IMG/VR virus record: IMGVR_UViG_3300042090_002370
Location: 32,001 to 96,000 of that record
From: a virus
Strand: one strand, 5' to 3'
DNA length: 64,000 nt
Shown: positions 1-9,593 of the stretch, one piece after another
How the letters are laid out: the number at the start of each line of letters is the position of its first letter
Position numbering within the stretch: position 1 is the stretch's first letter
Position numbers and translations under genes: made by a program
The notes under the pieces: model-generated
Seen by the model: the letters and a program-made list of their open reading frames with translations, nothing else
Databases searched by the model: none
Told to the model about the DNA's origin: nothing

Positions 1-2
1 TC

Positions 3-2963
3 GACGCGATCGGCGTCGGCTTCACGCTGCGCCAGAATGTTCTTACCCTGTCGGGAATCCCTGGCGGTATCCTCTTCCCCAACCAGCCCGACGGGACGCT
101 GCAGATACCGAATGGAACTGTTCATATCGGTGGTTGTACGGATGTCTACGTTCTCGACCCATCGACCATCACGCAGCAACTCATCATTACCGACATCTTC
201 GACGACCAGCCGGTCCTTGCTGGGGTGGCGCTCACCATCCTCAGTGCGACGTCGGTCGGGCTCAATGACCTAGTTCTCGGTACGAACTATGCGCTCAACG
301 ATTCGACATATACGGCGCTCGCCAACGCGCCCACGAACAACCTCTCCATCCAGGTTCTCGACCCCCCAGACGCCGGTGGCTATCGCATAACGGGCGTGAC
401 GCAGACGCTGGGGTCCTCACCAGTCCTTACCATCGCACCGGCCTTGTCTGTGGTCGTAGGCGGTAACTTCCGCTGGACCGTCAGCGACCAGATCTACATC
501 GATCTACTGGCTCCGAAAGAAACGCGTGTCTCTGGCCCTGACCTCACGACGGTTCTGGGTTCGGCGGTCGTCAGCACCATCAGCGGCACTGATTTCGAGA
601 ACTACGGCGTGTCGCAGAACGACGTACTGGTTATCAGTACTGGCCATCTCATCAAAGGGACGTACACGGTTGAGTCCGTCAATGTTCCATTCTTCGACCA
701 GCTCACGCTCGACCGCCCTCTGGCGGCTACGGTGAGTGGAGCCACGTACGCCATCTACCGTCCGAACGTGACGGGCGGGCTTGTGCCACCCTTCTTGCGC
801 ATCGATAGCATAGAGCTGCTCGATACTTCGAGTCAGCCTATCGGGACGACTATCCCCTACGCCAAGCCGGTCAATGTGGAATCGAACGGCTTCGCGAACT
901 CGGCCAACGGCATTAAGACGGACGTTACGGACGGCGTTATGGGCATCGTTTTCGGCCTACAACCTGGGCCGCTGAACGTTGTCGGTCTCTCAATGACCAT
1001 ACAGCTAGGGTCACCGCCGGTCTACGCGCCGTTCTCTGTCACTTTTACTGGAACGAATCCGCTTACATCGGTCCAGATCAGCGCGCAGATCAATGCTGCT
1101 TGTGCCGGGGCCACCGGCGGTGCCCTCAGCTTCATCGCTACCGCGCTAAACGGAACCACGACCGTTGGCGGAATCATTCCAGCCATCCCCGACACGCGCA
1201 TCACGGGCGGCTCGGCGTGCGCCGTCCTCTTCGGTTTCACCCCCACCTCCTCGAACCCCATCTCGACGCGGGACATCACCTCGAAGACTGTAGACGGTCT
1301 GGGTGGCTGGGCCGAGCTGCGTCCTGTCCTCGACTCCGACTTCGACGTCGCTCAGACGCTCGACGGGAACCAGCTCGGGTTCTTCTGGCTGGGCAATGGC
1401 CAGCCTGTACCGAACTCTCCGTTCAACCACGCCTTGTGGGACCCGCTGGTTACGCGTACGGATTTCGTTCCGCAGTACGATATCCATGTGCAGGTGGGCT
1501 CACGAGCGCTAGGCACAGCCACCATCTTCTTCATTGATCCGACGAGCTTCCAGATCGATGCATTCCCGTCGGTGCAGCAAGTCACGCCGCCCTCTTACAC
1601 TGTTTTCACGCTGACCAACCCCGATGGCTCGGTGCTGAACTTCTTCGCCGATCCTACGAACAGCTATCAGGCCATCCCCGCCTTGCCGAGCGGCGCTAAG
1701 CCCTTGGACGGTACGACAGGGGCACCGTTGGCGGCCAATGTCTTCCAGTCCCTTTCTTCAGACTTCCTCGCCTCTGGTATTCAGGCCGGTGACCAGCTCG
1801 TCATCGACTTCGTGCCGGTAACCGGGACTGCGGTGCTGGCAGACCCGGTACTGAGTATGAACGGCGCCGTGCTCCTCATCTCGTTAGCAGGCGGCATCAC
1901 CAAGACCATTACCTTCATCACCGATAGCGCCTTCATCCCTACGGGCGCTGTGACGCGAGCTGGTGTCATCACACAGATCAACCAGCAGGCAGGACAAACC
2001 ATCTGCGCACTCAATGGCGCCAACCAGATTGTCTTCAACCCCACAGTCTCTCTTGCAATCCTTGGCAGCGCGGCAGCGAATAGTGCCAACATTCAATTGG
2101 GCTTCCCACTCACGAGCGGCAACGATGTCTACAACACAGCGCTGAATGCCGGGACGTACACAGTTATGCAGGTAGCCCCAGGCGGCAACGTCGAGGAGCT
2201 CGTGGTCAGCCCGAATTTCCCAACGGGTGAGAGCAACGAACAGTTCAGCGTCTCACACACTGGCGTTCAGCGCATTGTATCCACGACGATGGCTACGCAG
2301 CAGGGCATCGCTAGCCTCTATTACTTCCAGGTAACACTGGTCTCTGAGGGCACTGGGAGCCAGTACAGTATCGGGGCAGGCTTGCAGATGACGGTCACGG
2401 GTTACAAGTCGGATGGCTACTACGTCACGACAGCCAATCCGAACCTGACCTTCTCTTCGGTAGAGGAGCCGGCGCTCATCATGTCGCTCTCTATCTTGCC
2501 GGTGGGTGTGAGCGACGACCCAAGCAACGCTGTGCAGCTGTCCGGCCAGAACATACAGGTGAACTACGACCAGTCCAGCCTCGTGCAGAACGTATCGAAC
2601 TTCATCACGTCGGACACTGAACGCGTTGTCTGCTCGAGCCCACTAGGCCGGCATCTTCTGCCCTACTACGTACGATTCGATATGACCTACTATGGCGGGT
2701 CGAATACGAACGTTGTGGTCCCGGCCATCAATACGTACATAGAGGGGCTCGACCCGACTGAGCGCCTAGAGGTTTCTAGCCTCAATAACATCGCGCTCTC
2801 CAACGGCGCCACGGCCGTTCAGAACCCGATTACTTTGGTGGCACTCATCCACAACTTCGACCGGTCCATCACAGTTGAGCAGTCGAGTGACTCTTTGAAC
2901 ACAGGTGTTCTGGCAGCGTTCATTCCTGATGTTCTCAACGTTGTGCGGAACGTGTCGACGTAG
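3..2963 (+). CDS. Baseplate wedge protein (baseplate J / T4 gp6-like), 5' truncated by window edge
   Basis: Frame is open from position 3 (DAIGVGF...), so the GTG at 225 is not the true start. Contains VHIGGCTDVYV, resembling the GGxxDVYV motif of baseplate J-like wedges. Beta-rich S/T/V composition; sits in the tail cluster. Confidence 0.6.
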   Translation, partial: DAIGVGFTLRQNVLTLSGIPGGILFPNQPDGTLQIPNGTVHIGGCTDVYVLDPSTITQQLIITDIFDDQPVLAGVALTILSATSVGLNDLVLGTNYALNDSTYTALANAPTNNLSIQVLDPPDAGGYRITGVTQTLGSSPVLTIAPALSVVVGGNFRWTVSDQIYIDLLAPKETRVSGPDLTTVLGSAVVSTISGTDFENYGVSQNDVLVISTGHLIKGTYTVESVNVPFFDQLTLDRPLAATVSGATYAIYRPNVTGGLVPPFLRIDSIELLDTSSQPIGTTIPYAKPVNVESNGFANSANGIKTDVTDGVMGIVFGLQPGPLNVVGLSMTIQLGSPPVYAPFSVTFTGTNPLTSVQISAQINAACAGATGGALSFIATALNGTTTVGGIIPAIPDTRITGGSACAVLFGFTPTSSNPISTRDITSKTVDGLGGWAELRPVLDSDFDVAQTLDGNQLGFFWLGNGQPVPNSPFNHALWDPLVTRTDFVPQYDIHVQVGSRALGTATIFFIDPTSFQIDAFPSVQQVTPPSYTVFTLTNPDGSVLNFFADPTNSYQAIPALPSGAKPLDGTTGAPLAANVFQSLSSDFLASGIQAGDQLVIDFVPVTGTAVLADPVLSMNGAVLLISLAGGITKTITFITDSAFIPTGAVTRAGVITQINQQAGQTICALNGANQIVFNPTVSLAILGSAAANSANIQLGFPLTSGNDVYNTALNAGTYTVMQVAPGGNVEELVVSPNFPTGESNEQFSVSHTGVQRIVSTTMATQQGIASLYYFQVTLVSEGTGSQYSIGAGLQMTVTGYKSDGYYVTTANPNLTFSSVEEPALIMSLSILPVGVSDDPSNAVQLSGQNIQVNYDQSSLVQNVSNFITSDTERVVCSSPLGRHLLPYYVRFDMTYYGGSNTNVVVPAINTYIEGLDPTERLEVSSLNNIALSNGATAVQNPITLVALIHNFDRSITVEQSSDSLNTGVLAAFIPDVLNVVRNVST

Positions 2964-3225
2964 TTCCTCGCTCTAGGAGCAGACCAGAATGCGGATCGAA
3001 GAGTGCGCGGCAAGCTACGCAACGAAGACAAGAACGAGGCACCAGGGTGTCTTGGTCACCGAAGACGTGCCCTCTGACGTGTTCCTTCTGGCAGGCGCCT
3101 CCGCACTGTTTGCACTTGAACTGCCTGTAGAAGGCGGCGAGCGCTTTTTGCGCGGGCGCCAGCTCGTCTGTGTACCCTTCGATGGCCTTCCTGGCGAGCT
3201 CGGGGTCCATTTCGATCAGCTTCAT
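2935..3225 (-). CDS. Small zinc-ribbon protein (CxxC...CxxC)
   Basis: CKQC, CLRC and CVAC clusters; preceded by its own sigma70-like promoter. Confidence 0.65.
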   Translation of the reverse strand: MKLIEMDPELARKAIEGYTDELAPAQKALAAFYRQFKCKQCGGACQKEHVRGHVFGDQDTLVPRSCLRCVACRALFDPHSGLLLERGTTSTRSAQR

Positions 3226-3231
3226 GCGCTG

Positions 3232-3260
3232 AGCATAATGCTGTCAGCATAGGAGAGCAA
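3232..3260 (-). promoter_or_regulatory. sigma70-like promoter, leaderless (TTGCTC-17-TATGCT-6-ATG)
   Basis: Minus strand: -35 TTGCTC (3260-3255), 17 nt spacer, -10 TATGCT (3237-3232), 6 nt, then ATG at 3225. Confidence 0.6.
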
Positions 3261-3261
3261 C

Positions 3262-4521
3262 ATGGAACGGTTTAACAACTATGCGTTGATTGTGCTCACC
3301 GCGCCGTGCGGCGCTTTGGACACGTTCATCACCATCAGCAACCCCGGAGCGCTAGTCAGCGAGGGCAACTTCCGTCTCACCGTGGACGGCGAGATTATGT
3401 TGGCGACGGCAGGTCCTACTGGCGACACTGTTCCTGTAGCACGCGCTCAAGAGGGAACCGCCGCTACGGCGCACGACCTGGGCGCTCAGGTCATTCCAGG
3501 ACTCACCGCTGGTGCATTGGAGCAGCTCGAGGCTGACATCGAGGGGCTGATTCCGCCTGCTACTGCGAAGAGTCCGGCGTTTCAGAGCACGGTTGGCCCT
3601 ATTACTTCTTTCTACACGCTCGTCCAAGAGACTATGACTGAGGTAGACACGACTGGTGGGCCAGTCACCAATCTCTTGCCAACCTATTCTGATGTGGTTG
3701 ATGGCGATGTCATCGCCGTGGTCGATGTAGGCGGGGCGTTCGCAACGAACAACTACACGCTTGAACCACAGATCTCTGAGGGCGTGAGCATACAGGACCC
3801 TGTGAGCAAGATTGTAACGGGCGGTAGCATTGTGCTGGCCCGTTCAGGTATGAGCGCCAGTTGGGTATACGATTCCAATTCGGCGACTTGGTGGTGCTAT
3901 TCGGTTACTGTCACCGGGTCGCTTGTGCAGTCGACATTGCTCACCTCGAGTTCTGGAACATTTACCACACAGCCGCAGACAAGATTCGTGCGAATCCGAG
4001 GCGTGGGCGGTGGTGGTGCGAGTGGTGGGACGCCGTCAACTAGCGGCACTCAGAGCGCAGCGTCACCTGGCGCAAGTAGCGGTGGGTACCTTGAGGCACT
4101 GGTTCCAGTGGCCGGTAGCACTGGCTACGCCTACACCTGCGGCGCAGGCGGGACTCCTGTGTCAGGTGCTGCCGGCAATAACGGTGGGAACGCTACGTTC
4201 GTGATTGGTGCCACGACATACACAGCCGGTCACGGCCTCGGTTCAGCGGCGGGCACAGTTACGTCTACCGTCGCGGCCGTCGCCGGTCCTGCAGGTGGGA
4301 CCTCTACGAATGGCGAGTTCAACACTGCCGGACAACACGGCGGCGCCGGCTTGGTACTCCTAGGTACAAGCGCCGTGGTCGCCCCCGGCTTAGGTGGTGT
4401 CAGCGCGCTCGGTTCTACATACGGAAACGGCGCTAATGGTGTCTCGGCTGGTAACTCGGCCTCTGCACAAGCAGGTAACGCTGGGCTGCCAAGCTGTTGG
4501 ATAGTGGACGAGTACATATAG
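3262..4521 (+). CDS. Tail fibre / virion protein with C-terminal glycine-rich domain
   Basis: AGGAG RBS; N-terminal 'VARAQEGTAATAH' module common in tail proteins; Gly-rich C-terminus (GGGGASGG...GASSGGY). Confidence 0.6.
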   Translation: MERFNNYALIVLTAPCGALDTFITISNPGALVSEGNFRLTVDGEIMLATAGPTGDTVPVARAQEGTAATAHDLGAQVIPGLTAGALEQLEADIEGLIPPATAKSPAFQSTVGPITSFYTLVQETMTEVDTTGGPVTNLLPTYSDVVDGDVIAVVDVGGAFATNNYTLEPQISEGVSIQDPVSKIVTGGSIVLARSGMSASWVYDSNSATWWCYSVTVTGSLVQSTLLTSSSGTFTTQPQTRFVRIRGVGGGGASGGTPSTSGTQSAASPGASSGGYLEALVPVAGSTGYAYTCGAGGTPVSGAAGNNGGNATFVIGATTYTAGHGLGSAAGTVTSTVAAVAGPAGGTSTNGEFNTAGQHGGAGLVLLGTSAVVAPGLGGVSALGSTYGNGANGVSAGNSASAQAGNAGLPSCWIVDEYI

Positions 4522-4525
4522 TCCG

Positions 4526-7500
4526 ATGCCGCTTACCTCCTCCATAGGCCTGCTCAGCGGCGGGCTGGGGTTCCAGCAGATACTAGGCCCCATCACGTCT
4601 TCTGGCCTGCCCTCAGAGCCGCCGTTCGATATCTACTGTGTTGCGCTCTGCGAGTCGCTTATCTCGTACACGCAGGTCAGTACAATCGGCAACGGCCTGC
4701 AGTTCTTTGTAGGGCCGAGTCCGAACTTTGATCAGGAAATAGCCTCTGGTGGGGTGTACCCAGTAGGAGACGCTGCTGTCATTATCGACGTCGATGTCAC
4801 TGCGGAATTTACGTTCCAGTTCACCGCGCTCTGGAACAACCTCCCAAACAACTTCTCCGACCTCGTCAATGAGCATTCGTACTTCGGGACCTTCTCCGCA
4901 TCCGCTGGCTGCGTTGGGCTCTTCTTCTCTAAGGTAGGCATCGCGTATACGGGCTCGGTTCACTTCGACGGCAGCAATAACCTCGTTCTCGACACACCTG
5001 TACAAGAGCTCCCAGGTAGCCAGTTCTTCGTCAGTGAGAACGAGTACTGGACTGTTCGTGTTGCGTTGAGTTTCACAACAGGCGTGGTTTACATCTACGT
5101 CACGCTGGCATCCGAGTTGCCGAGTATTGGCCACCAGCTTCGTTACATCATGCCTGTGATCCCGTCCTCGAGCGCAGCAGTGAACCCGCCAGACGAGACG
5201 CTGGTCTCAGTGCGCGGTACTCCTGGGGCACCGACGTGGGTTAGCCTCAACGAGATCTGCCTCTCTTCCTCGCTGCTCATTCCCACCATCCCACCGGTAG
5301 CCAGTGCTGGCAATGATTCTTCGTTGCTCATCTGCTCCATCCTGCAGTTGAGTGGGTCAGCAAGCTTTGACCCGCAAGGTGGTGCGCTCACATACAAGTG
5401 GCAGCTTATCGATGCGCCGCCTGGAAGTCAGTACATTGTCAATTGCGTCGACGGTCTGACTTACCCTGGCAGTCCTCCTACAGGGTTCACTGACAAGCTC
5501 TACTCAGTGACATTGCAAAACATCAATGCGCTGTCCCCCATACCGATAGGCAATGTCGTGGTTGTGGACGGCGTTTCATACACGGTCACCGGTACGGGCT
5601 CTGACGGCCACGGTTTCTTTGTTGTGGTTACGCCATTCGAGTTACCTGACAGTTTGTCGGCACCGACGACCTTCACGTACATGCTCCAGAACGGTCTGAA
5701 CACGTCGACGAGCGAGAACCCAACGTTCTATCCGGACGTCCTCGGCATCTTCAAGTTCAGCCTCGTGGTTTACAACGGAGCGCTCTTCTCACTTCCAGCG
5801 GAGGTCATCGCGAATGTCGTAGAGAACGACATTGCGCGTGGTTGTGTGCCAGACCTCACCTTCCTCTGGAACTACCTCTCGGACTTCTGGAATCTTGTTG
5901 AAGGGACGGACCGCGTTGCTGTCCTCTGGCAGGGCCTGGCGCAGGTTGCAGGCGCCGAGCTCTTGAACCTCTGGCAGGTTGATTACTCAAAGAGTCTGCG
6001 CGATATCCAACGCACCTTCCAGCGTCGTTGGATGCACTATGACTTTCTTATGCAAGAAAACCCGGCGCTCGTCGCGCTCTCGACTGTCTCAGCGGTCTAC
6101 GGCGGTGTGGAGTCAAGCAATATCGCTGACAGCGGAATCACAGGCATCTACGGAACGCACCTCGATCTGCAGGTCTCTTTACAGTCCAGTCCGGTCATTG
6201 TCAGCTTTACGCTACCTGGCACGTACCTCCCGGCGCAGATTCAGGCGGTACTCCAAGCGGCGCTGTCACAAATCAACCACGGCTTCGTTGTGGAAGCCAT
6301 CCCGAATCACGCGGGTACCATCACGCGTATTCGCATCGACGCGCCATTCCCATTCATGGTTATGGGAACCTCCACTGTTCCCATCTTCACTGCGGGGCAG
6401 GCGAACGGATCTCCTACTGGGACCGCTGGCGCGGCGGTAGGTTTGCAGACCTACCTACTTGACCGTAGTGCGCAGTATCTCGACATCGCGATGAATGACT
6501 TCTTGTGCATCGACGGCGTTGCGTACCGTATCTCGGGTGTTGTTGACGTAGCCTCAGATGAATGGCCTTTCCAACGAGTAACACTCCTAGATACGCTGCC
6601 TGCTCCTGTAGACGCTAACTGGACTATTTCTGGTACCGCGACGTCGGAGGACCTCGACTTCTGGAGCGGCCTTTGTGAGCAGAGTGACATTGTCACCTTC
6701 GAGGTTCTGAATCGCGTCTCGAATCAGATCACCCTGGTGACCAGCTCGGTGCTTGGGGCGAACGAGACCCTCACCGGTAGCCTGCCCGTAGACGCCACAC
6801 CGGTTGGGGCGTACTTGTCGCAGCCCAACCTGTACTCGGTGTATCTCTATAGTGTACTCAGGCGGAAGTACATCCAGCTCGAGCCGCTCATCGTGAGCGT
6901 CCCCTACCTGCAGCAGTACATCATCAACACGGACGATACACAGGTCCTTCGACAGAACGTCGACTACTTCCTTACGACCTTCCGTGGTCAGCCTGTCTTC
7001 AGCTTCGTGACCCCGGTACCAGCAAGCGCAGGCGGACCGGATGTCTGGGAAGGGCAGCCGCCGCCGAACTCGTTGTGGGCAGAGACGTCCTATCTCGACA
7101 ACCGTCCGCGCATCGAGGCGAACTTTGGCATACCTGCGGATTTCACGTTAGACGATCTTGCACAGCTGCCAAGTAGCGTTGACTACCTCTCAACGGTAAC
7201 CGGGCTCTGGTACGCGTACTGGAACGGACCGACGATGTTCAATCTACGTGTAGGCACGCAGATTCTCATTGGTCTGCCCTTCGCTGATGAGACCGGTATC
7301 ATCGTTGAGATTCGCAGCGATTTCAGTGTTTCGACTGGGCTCATCTTGGTGCAGGACGCTGCGAATACTGCGGTTGTTCGATCGTACTCTTACCCAGTTT
7401 CGCTCGCCCTCGAGACCAATCCTGCGACCAACTTGCCTTACGCTGTCGGTGATACGGTTCAGCAGTTCGCTCCGCTTGTCACGGGGGCCACTGTGGAGGA

Positions 7501-8443
7501 CTACGTCAACAACCCGACCTGGTTTCAGGGCTACCTCGAACAGGGTGACTTTTTCGAGGTGGAGAAGTTCTTCAAGTTCCTTGTGCAAGTGGACAGCGCG
7601 GCCTTCAGCTTACCGGCTCTCACCTTCGTTCAGCAGTTCATCTTGCGTATCAAGCCGACCTACACGTACCCGCTCTTCGTGGTCAGCGCAGATGTAGCGA
7701 GCGCGACGGTTTCGGTCAGCGACGAGATCGGGCTTTCTGGCACCTTATCGCTTTACGACGATACGTGCTTCCCTGGCACCTGGGGCGTGGCGACGATGTT
7801 CGACCAGCCTAGCCCAAATGGTGGGTGGCGCAGTCAGTTTGACCACAACCAGGACCCCACCAACCTGCCGACGTTCCCCAATCCGAACTACCCCATCATC
7901 TGGGGCTTCGACAAGAACTACTTGTGCCCAGAGGACTTCATCCAGGGAACGCTTTGCACGACGTTTTCGGTACCGACGCTGCCGACTTTCGATTCGCTTT
8001 TCGCCTTCGACAAGCCGCTCTACACGGCAGACCAGGCTTCGTTCTTCACCGGGCCGACGATCTCGATTCCTGCTGGTCCGTCAGGGCTACCTATTGGCGG
8101 GCCCTATACAATACCGAACAACGGAACGATCAACTCCATCTCGTTGGAGCTCGTCTGCGGGAGCCCAGGATCGCCGGCAAACTACCTGCTAAACCTCTAC
8201 AAGAACGGGACGTTACAATCCTCGACGGCGTTCACCTGCGGCGCTTCTGGGATCACGCTTATGGCCACCATCTCCGTCGCCGTCGTCGCCAGCGATATTC
8301 TGACGGTTGCGATTCTGCCTGCGAGCGGTGGCCCCATTACCGTCGCATGGGATAGCGCTCTTGTAGAAACTGGGCAGTCGATTCCCTGGTTCTTCGACAC
8401 GGACGTCGCAGCTGGAACTTATTGCGCATTCAAGGCGTTATGA
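4526..8443 (+). CDS. Large baseplate wedge / tail protein (P2 gpI-like motif, PKD-like domain)
   Basis: 1305 aa. PKD-like segment LSGSASFDPQGGALTYKWQ. ILRIKPTYT resembles the KPAHT motif of gpI-type wedge proteins. Confidence 0.55.
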   Translation: MPLTSSIGLLSGGLGFQQILGPITSSGLPSEPPFDIYCVALCESLISYTQVSTIGNGLQFFVGPSPNFDQEIASGGVYPVGDAAVIIDVDVTAEFTFQFTALWNNLPNNFSDLVNEHSYFGTFSASAGCVGLFFSKVGIAYTGSVHFDGSNNLVLDTPVQELPGSQFFVSENEYWTVRVALSFTTGVVYIYVTLASELPSIGHQLRYIMPVIPSSSAAVNPPDETLVSVRGTPGAPTWVSLNEICLSSSLLIPTIPPVASAGNDSSLLICSILQLSGSASFDPQGGALTYKWQLIDAPPGSQYIVNCVDGLTYPGSPPTGFTDKLYSVTLQNINALSPIPIGNVVVVDGVSYTVTGTGSDGHGFFVVVTPFELPDSLSAPTTFTYMLQNGLNTSTSENPTFYPDVLGIFKFSLVVYNGALFSLPAEVIANVVENDIARGCVPDLTFLWNYLSDFWNLVEGTDRVAVLWQGLAQVAGAELLNLWQVDYSKSLRDIQRTFQRRWMHYDFLMQENPALVALSTVSAVYGGVESSNIADSGITGIYGTHLDLQVSLQSSPVIVSFTLPGTYLPAQIQAVLQAALSQINHGFVVEAIPNHAGTITRIRIDAPFPFMVMGTSTVPIFTAGQANGSPTGTAGAAVGLQTYLLDRSAQYLDIAMNDFLCIDGVAYRISGVVDVASDEWPFQRVTLLDTLPAPVDANWTISGTATSEDLDFWSGLCEQSDIVTFEVLNRVSNQITLVTSSVLGANETLTGSLPVDATPVGAYLSQPNLYSVYLYSVLRRKYIQLEPLIVSVPYLQQYIINTDDTQVLRQNVDYFLTTFRGQPVFSFVTPVPASAGGPDVWEGQPPPNSLWAETSYLDNRPRIEANFGIPADFTLDDLAQLPSSVDYLSTVTGLWYAYWNGPTMFNLRVGTQILIGLPFADETGIIVEIRSDFSVSTGLILVQDAANTAVVRSYSYPVSLALETNPATNLPYAVGDTVQQFAPLVTGATVEDYVNNPTWFQGYLEQGDFFEVEKFFKFLVQVDSAAFSLPALTFVQQFILRIKPTYTYPLFVVSADVASATVSVSDEIGLSGTLSLYDDTCFPGTWGVATMFDQPSPNGGWRSQFDHNQDPTNLPTFPNPNYPIIWGFDKNYLCPEDFIQGTLCTTFSVPTLPTFDSLFAFDKPLYTADQASFFTGPTISIPAGPSGLPIGGPYTIPNNGTINSISLELVCGSPGSPANYLLNLYKNGTLQSSTAFTCGASGITLMATISVAVVASDILTVAILPASGGPITVAWDSALVETGQSIPWFFDTDVAAGTYCAFKAL

Positions 8444-8907
8444 AGACACACAAACTCAAAGGGCATCTGACGTACCAAGGGCTCAATATCGCCATTGAGC
8501 AATTCAAAGGCGACACAAGAAGCGGCGTCAGTGCCACAGGCAAGCCCTGGTCTACTACGATGAAGAACCCCTACGGATACGTAGTCGGTTCGGAGGGGGC
8601 AGACGGCGACGGCGTTGACGTGTTCGTTGGCGACGATAAGAAGGCCCCGAATGTCTACGTCGTGCAGCAGAAAAAGGACGACGGCAGCTATGACGAGGAC
8701 AAGTGTATCCTAGGTGTGAACAGCGTCGAAGAAGCAAAGAAGCTCTACCTTTCGAACTATGATACGGCCAAGTACCTCGGGCCTATCAAGACGGTTCCCA
8801 TCGAGCGCTTCAAGGCTCTCGTGACCTCCGGCAAGAAGCTCACCAAGATCTCGAGCGTCGTGCTAGCCTTCTTCGACGAGCTCACCAAGATAGAGGGCGC
8901 GACATGA
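8440..8907 (+). CDS. Inorganic pyrophosphatase-like (InPase) domain protein
   Basis: YGYVVGSEGADGDGVDVFVG and YDEDKCILG match the soluble PPase-fold DxDxxD signature of phage InPase domains. ATG at 8440 overlaps the upstream stop (ATGA). Confidence 0.75.
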   Translation: MKTHKLKGHLTYQGLNIAIEQFKGDTRSGVSATGKPWSTTMKNPYGYVVGSEGADGDGVDVFVGDDKKAPNVYVVQQKKDDGSYDEDKCILGVNSVEEAKKLYLSNYDTAKYLGPIKTVPIERFKALVTSGKKLTKISSVVLAFFDELTKIEGAT

Positions 8908-9578
8908 TTCGACGCAGCAATGTGGGTACCAGCAACAAGAAGAGGGCTGGCGGCAGCTGGGGCCTCAAGGCGACGGTCGAGACGAAGAATAACGTCCGTA
9001 TGGTCATGCGCGAGCGCGGCAAGATCATCGGGCGCTACGAGAACCATAATATCTGGCTGAATCTCGGGCGGGAGTACTTGGCCTCGCTACTCGACTACAT
9101 ATCCTTCGTGGGGCCTACACCGGAGAATAACAACCGCATCGCGTACATGGGCGTTGGGATCGGCGGCAACCAGCAGATCGCGCTGACCGTTGCAAACGCG
9201 GTGCCGCTGGTTACAGCCTACCCGGGTACGAACGCGCAGACGAATACTGACCCGACGGTTACAAAGCTCGAGCGCCCTGTTCGTATCTCCGGTGGGTCGC
9301 TCCCATACCCCGGGGCGTTCAGCGACTTGTGGCTCGGACAAGTTCAGGCCCCTGCTATGCATCTTACGGCAACGCAGGTAACCTTCAACCACCTCTTCGC
9401 TGACACGGACATCAGTTACTCACCATTCCTTGTGGTGCCGCTGAGCGAGATCATGCTTTTCACGTACGCCGCGAATCCGAATGTGTACAACAACACCGGC
9501 GTGGCGTACGACACATTCCCTACCATCTCCAAGACAAACGCCTTCTCGTTGGAAGTCGCGTGGACCGTTTTGTTCTAG
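8904..9578 (+). CDS. Baseplate / tail-collar structural protein
   Basis: HNIWLNLGREYLA, YMGVGIG, SEIMLF and FPTISKT...LEVAWT pattern typical of tail-fibre attachment/baseplate proteins. Confidence 0.55.
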   Translation: MIRRSNVGTSNKKRAGGSWGLKATVETKNNVRMVMRERGKIIGRYENHNIWLNLGREYLASLLDYISFVGPTPENNNRIAYMGVGIGGNQQIALTVANAVPLVTAYPGTNAQTNTDPTVTKLERPVRISGGSLPYPGAFSDLWLGQVQAPAMHLTATQVTFNHLFADTDISYSPFLVVPLSEIMLFTYAANPNVYNNTGVAYDTFPTISKTNAFSLEVAWTVLF

Positions 9579-9593
9579 GCACACGAGGTACAC

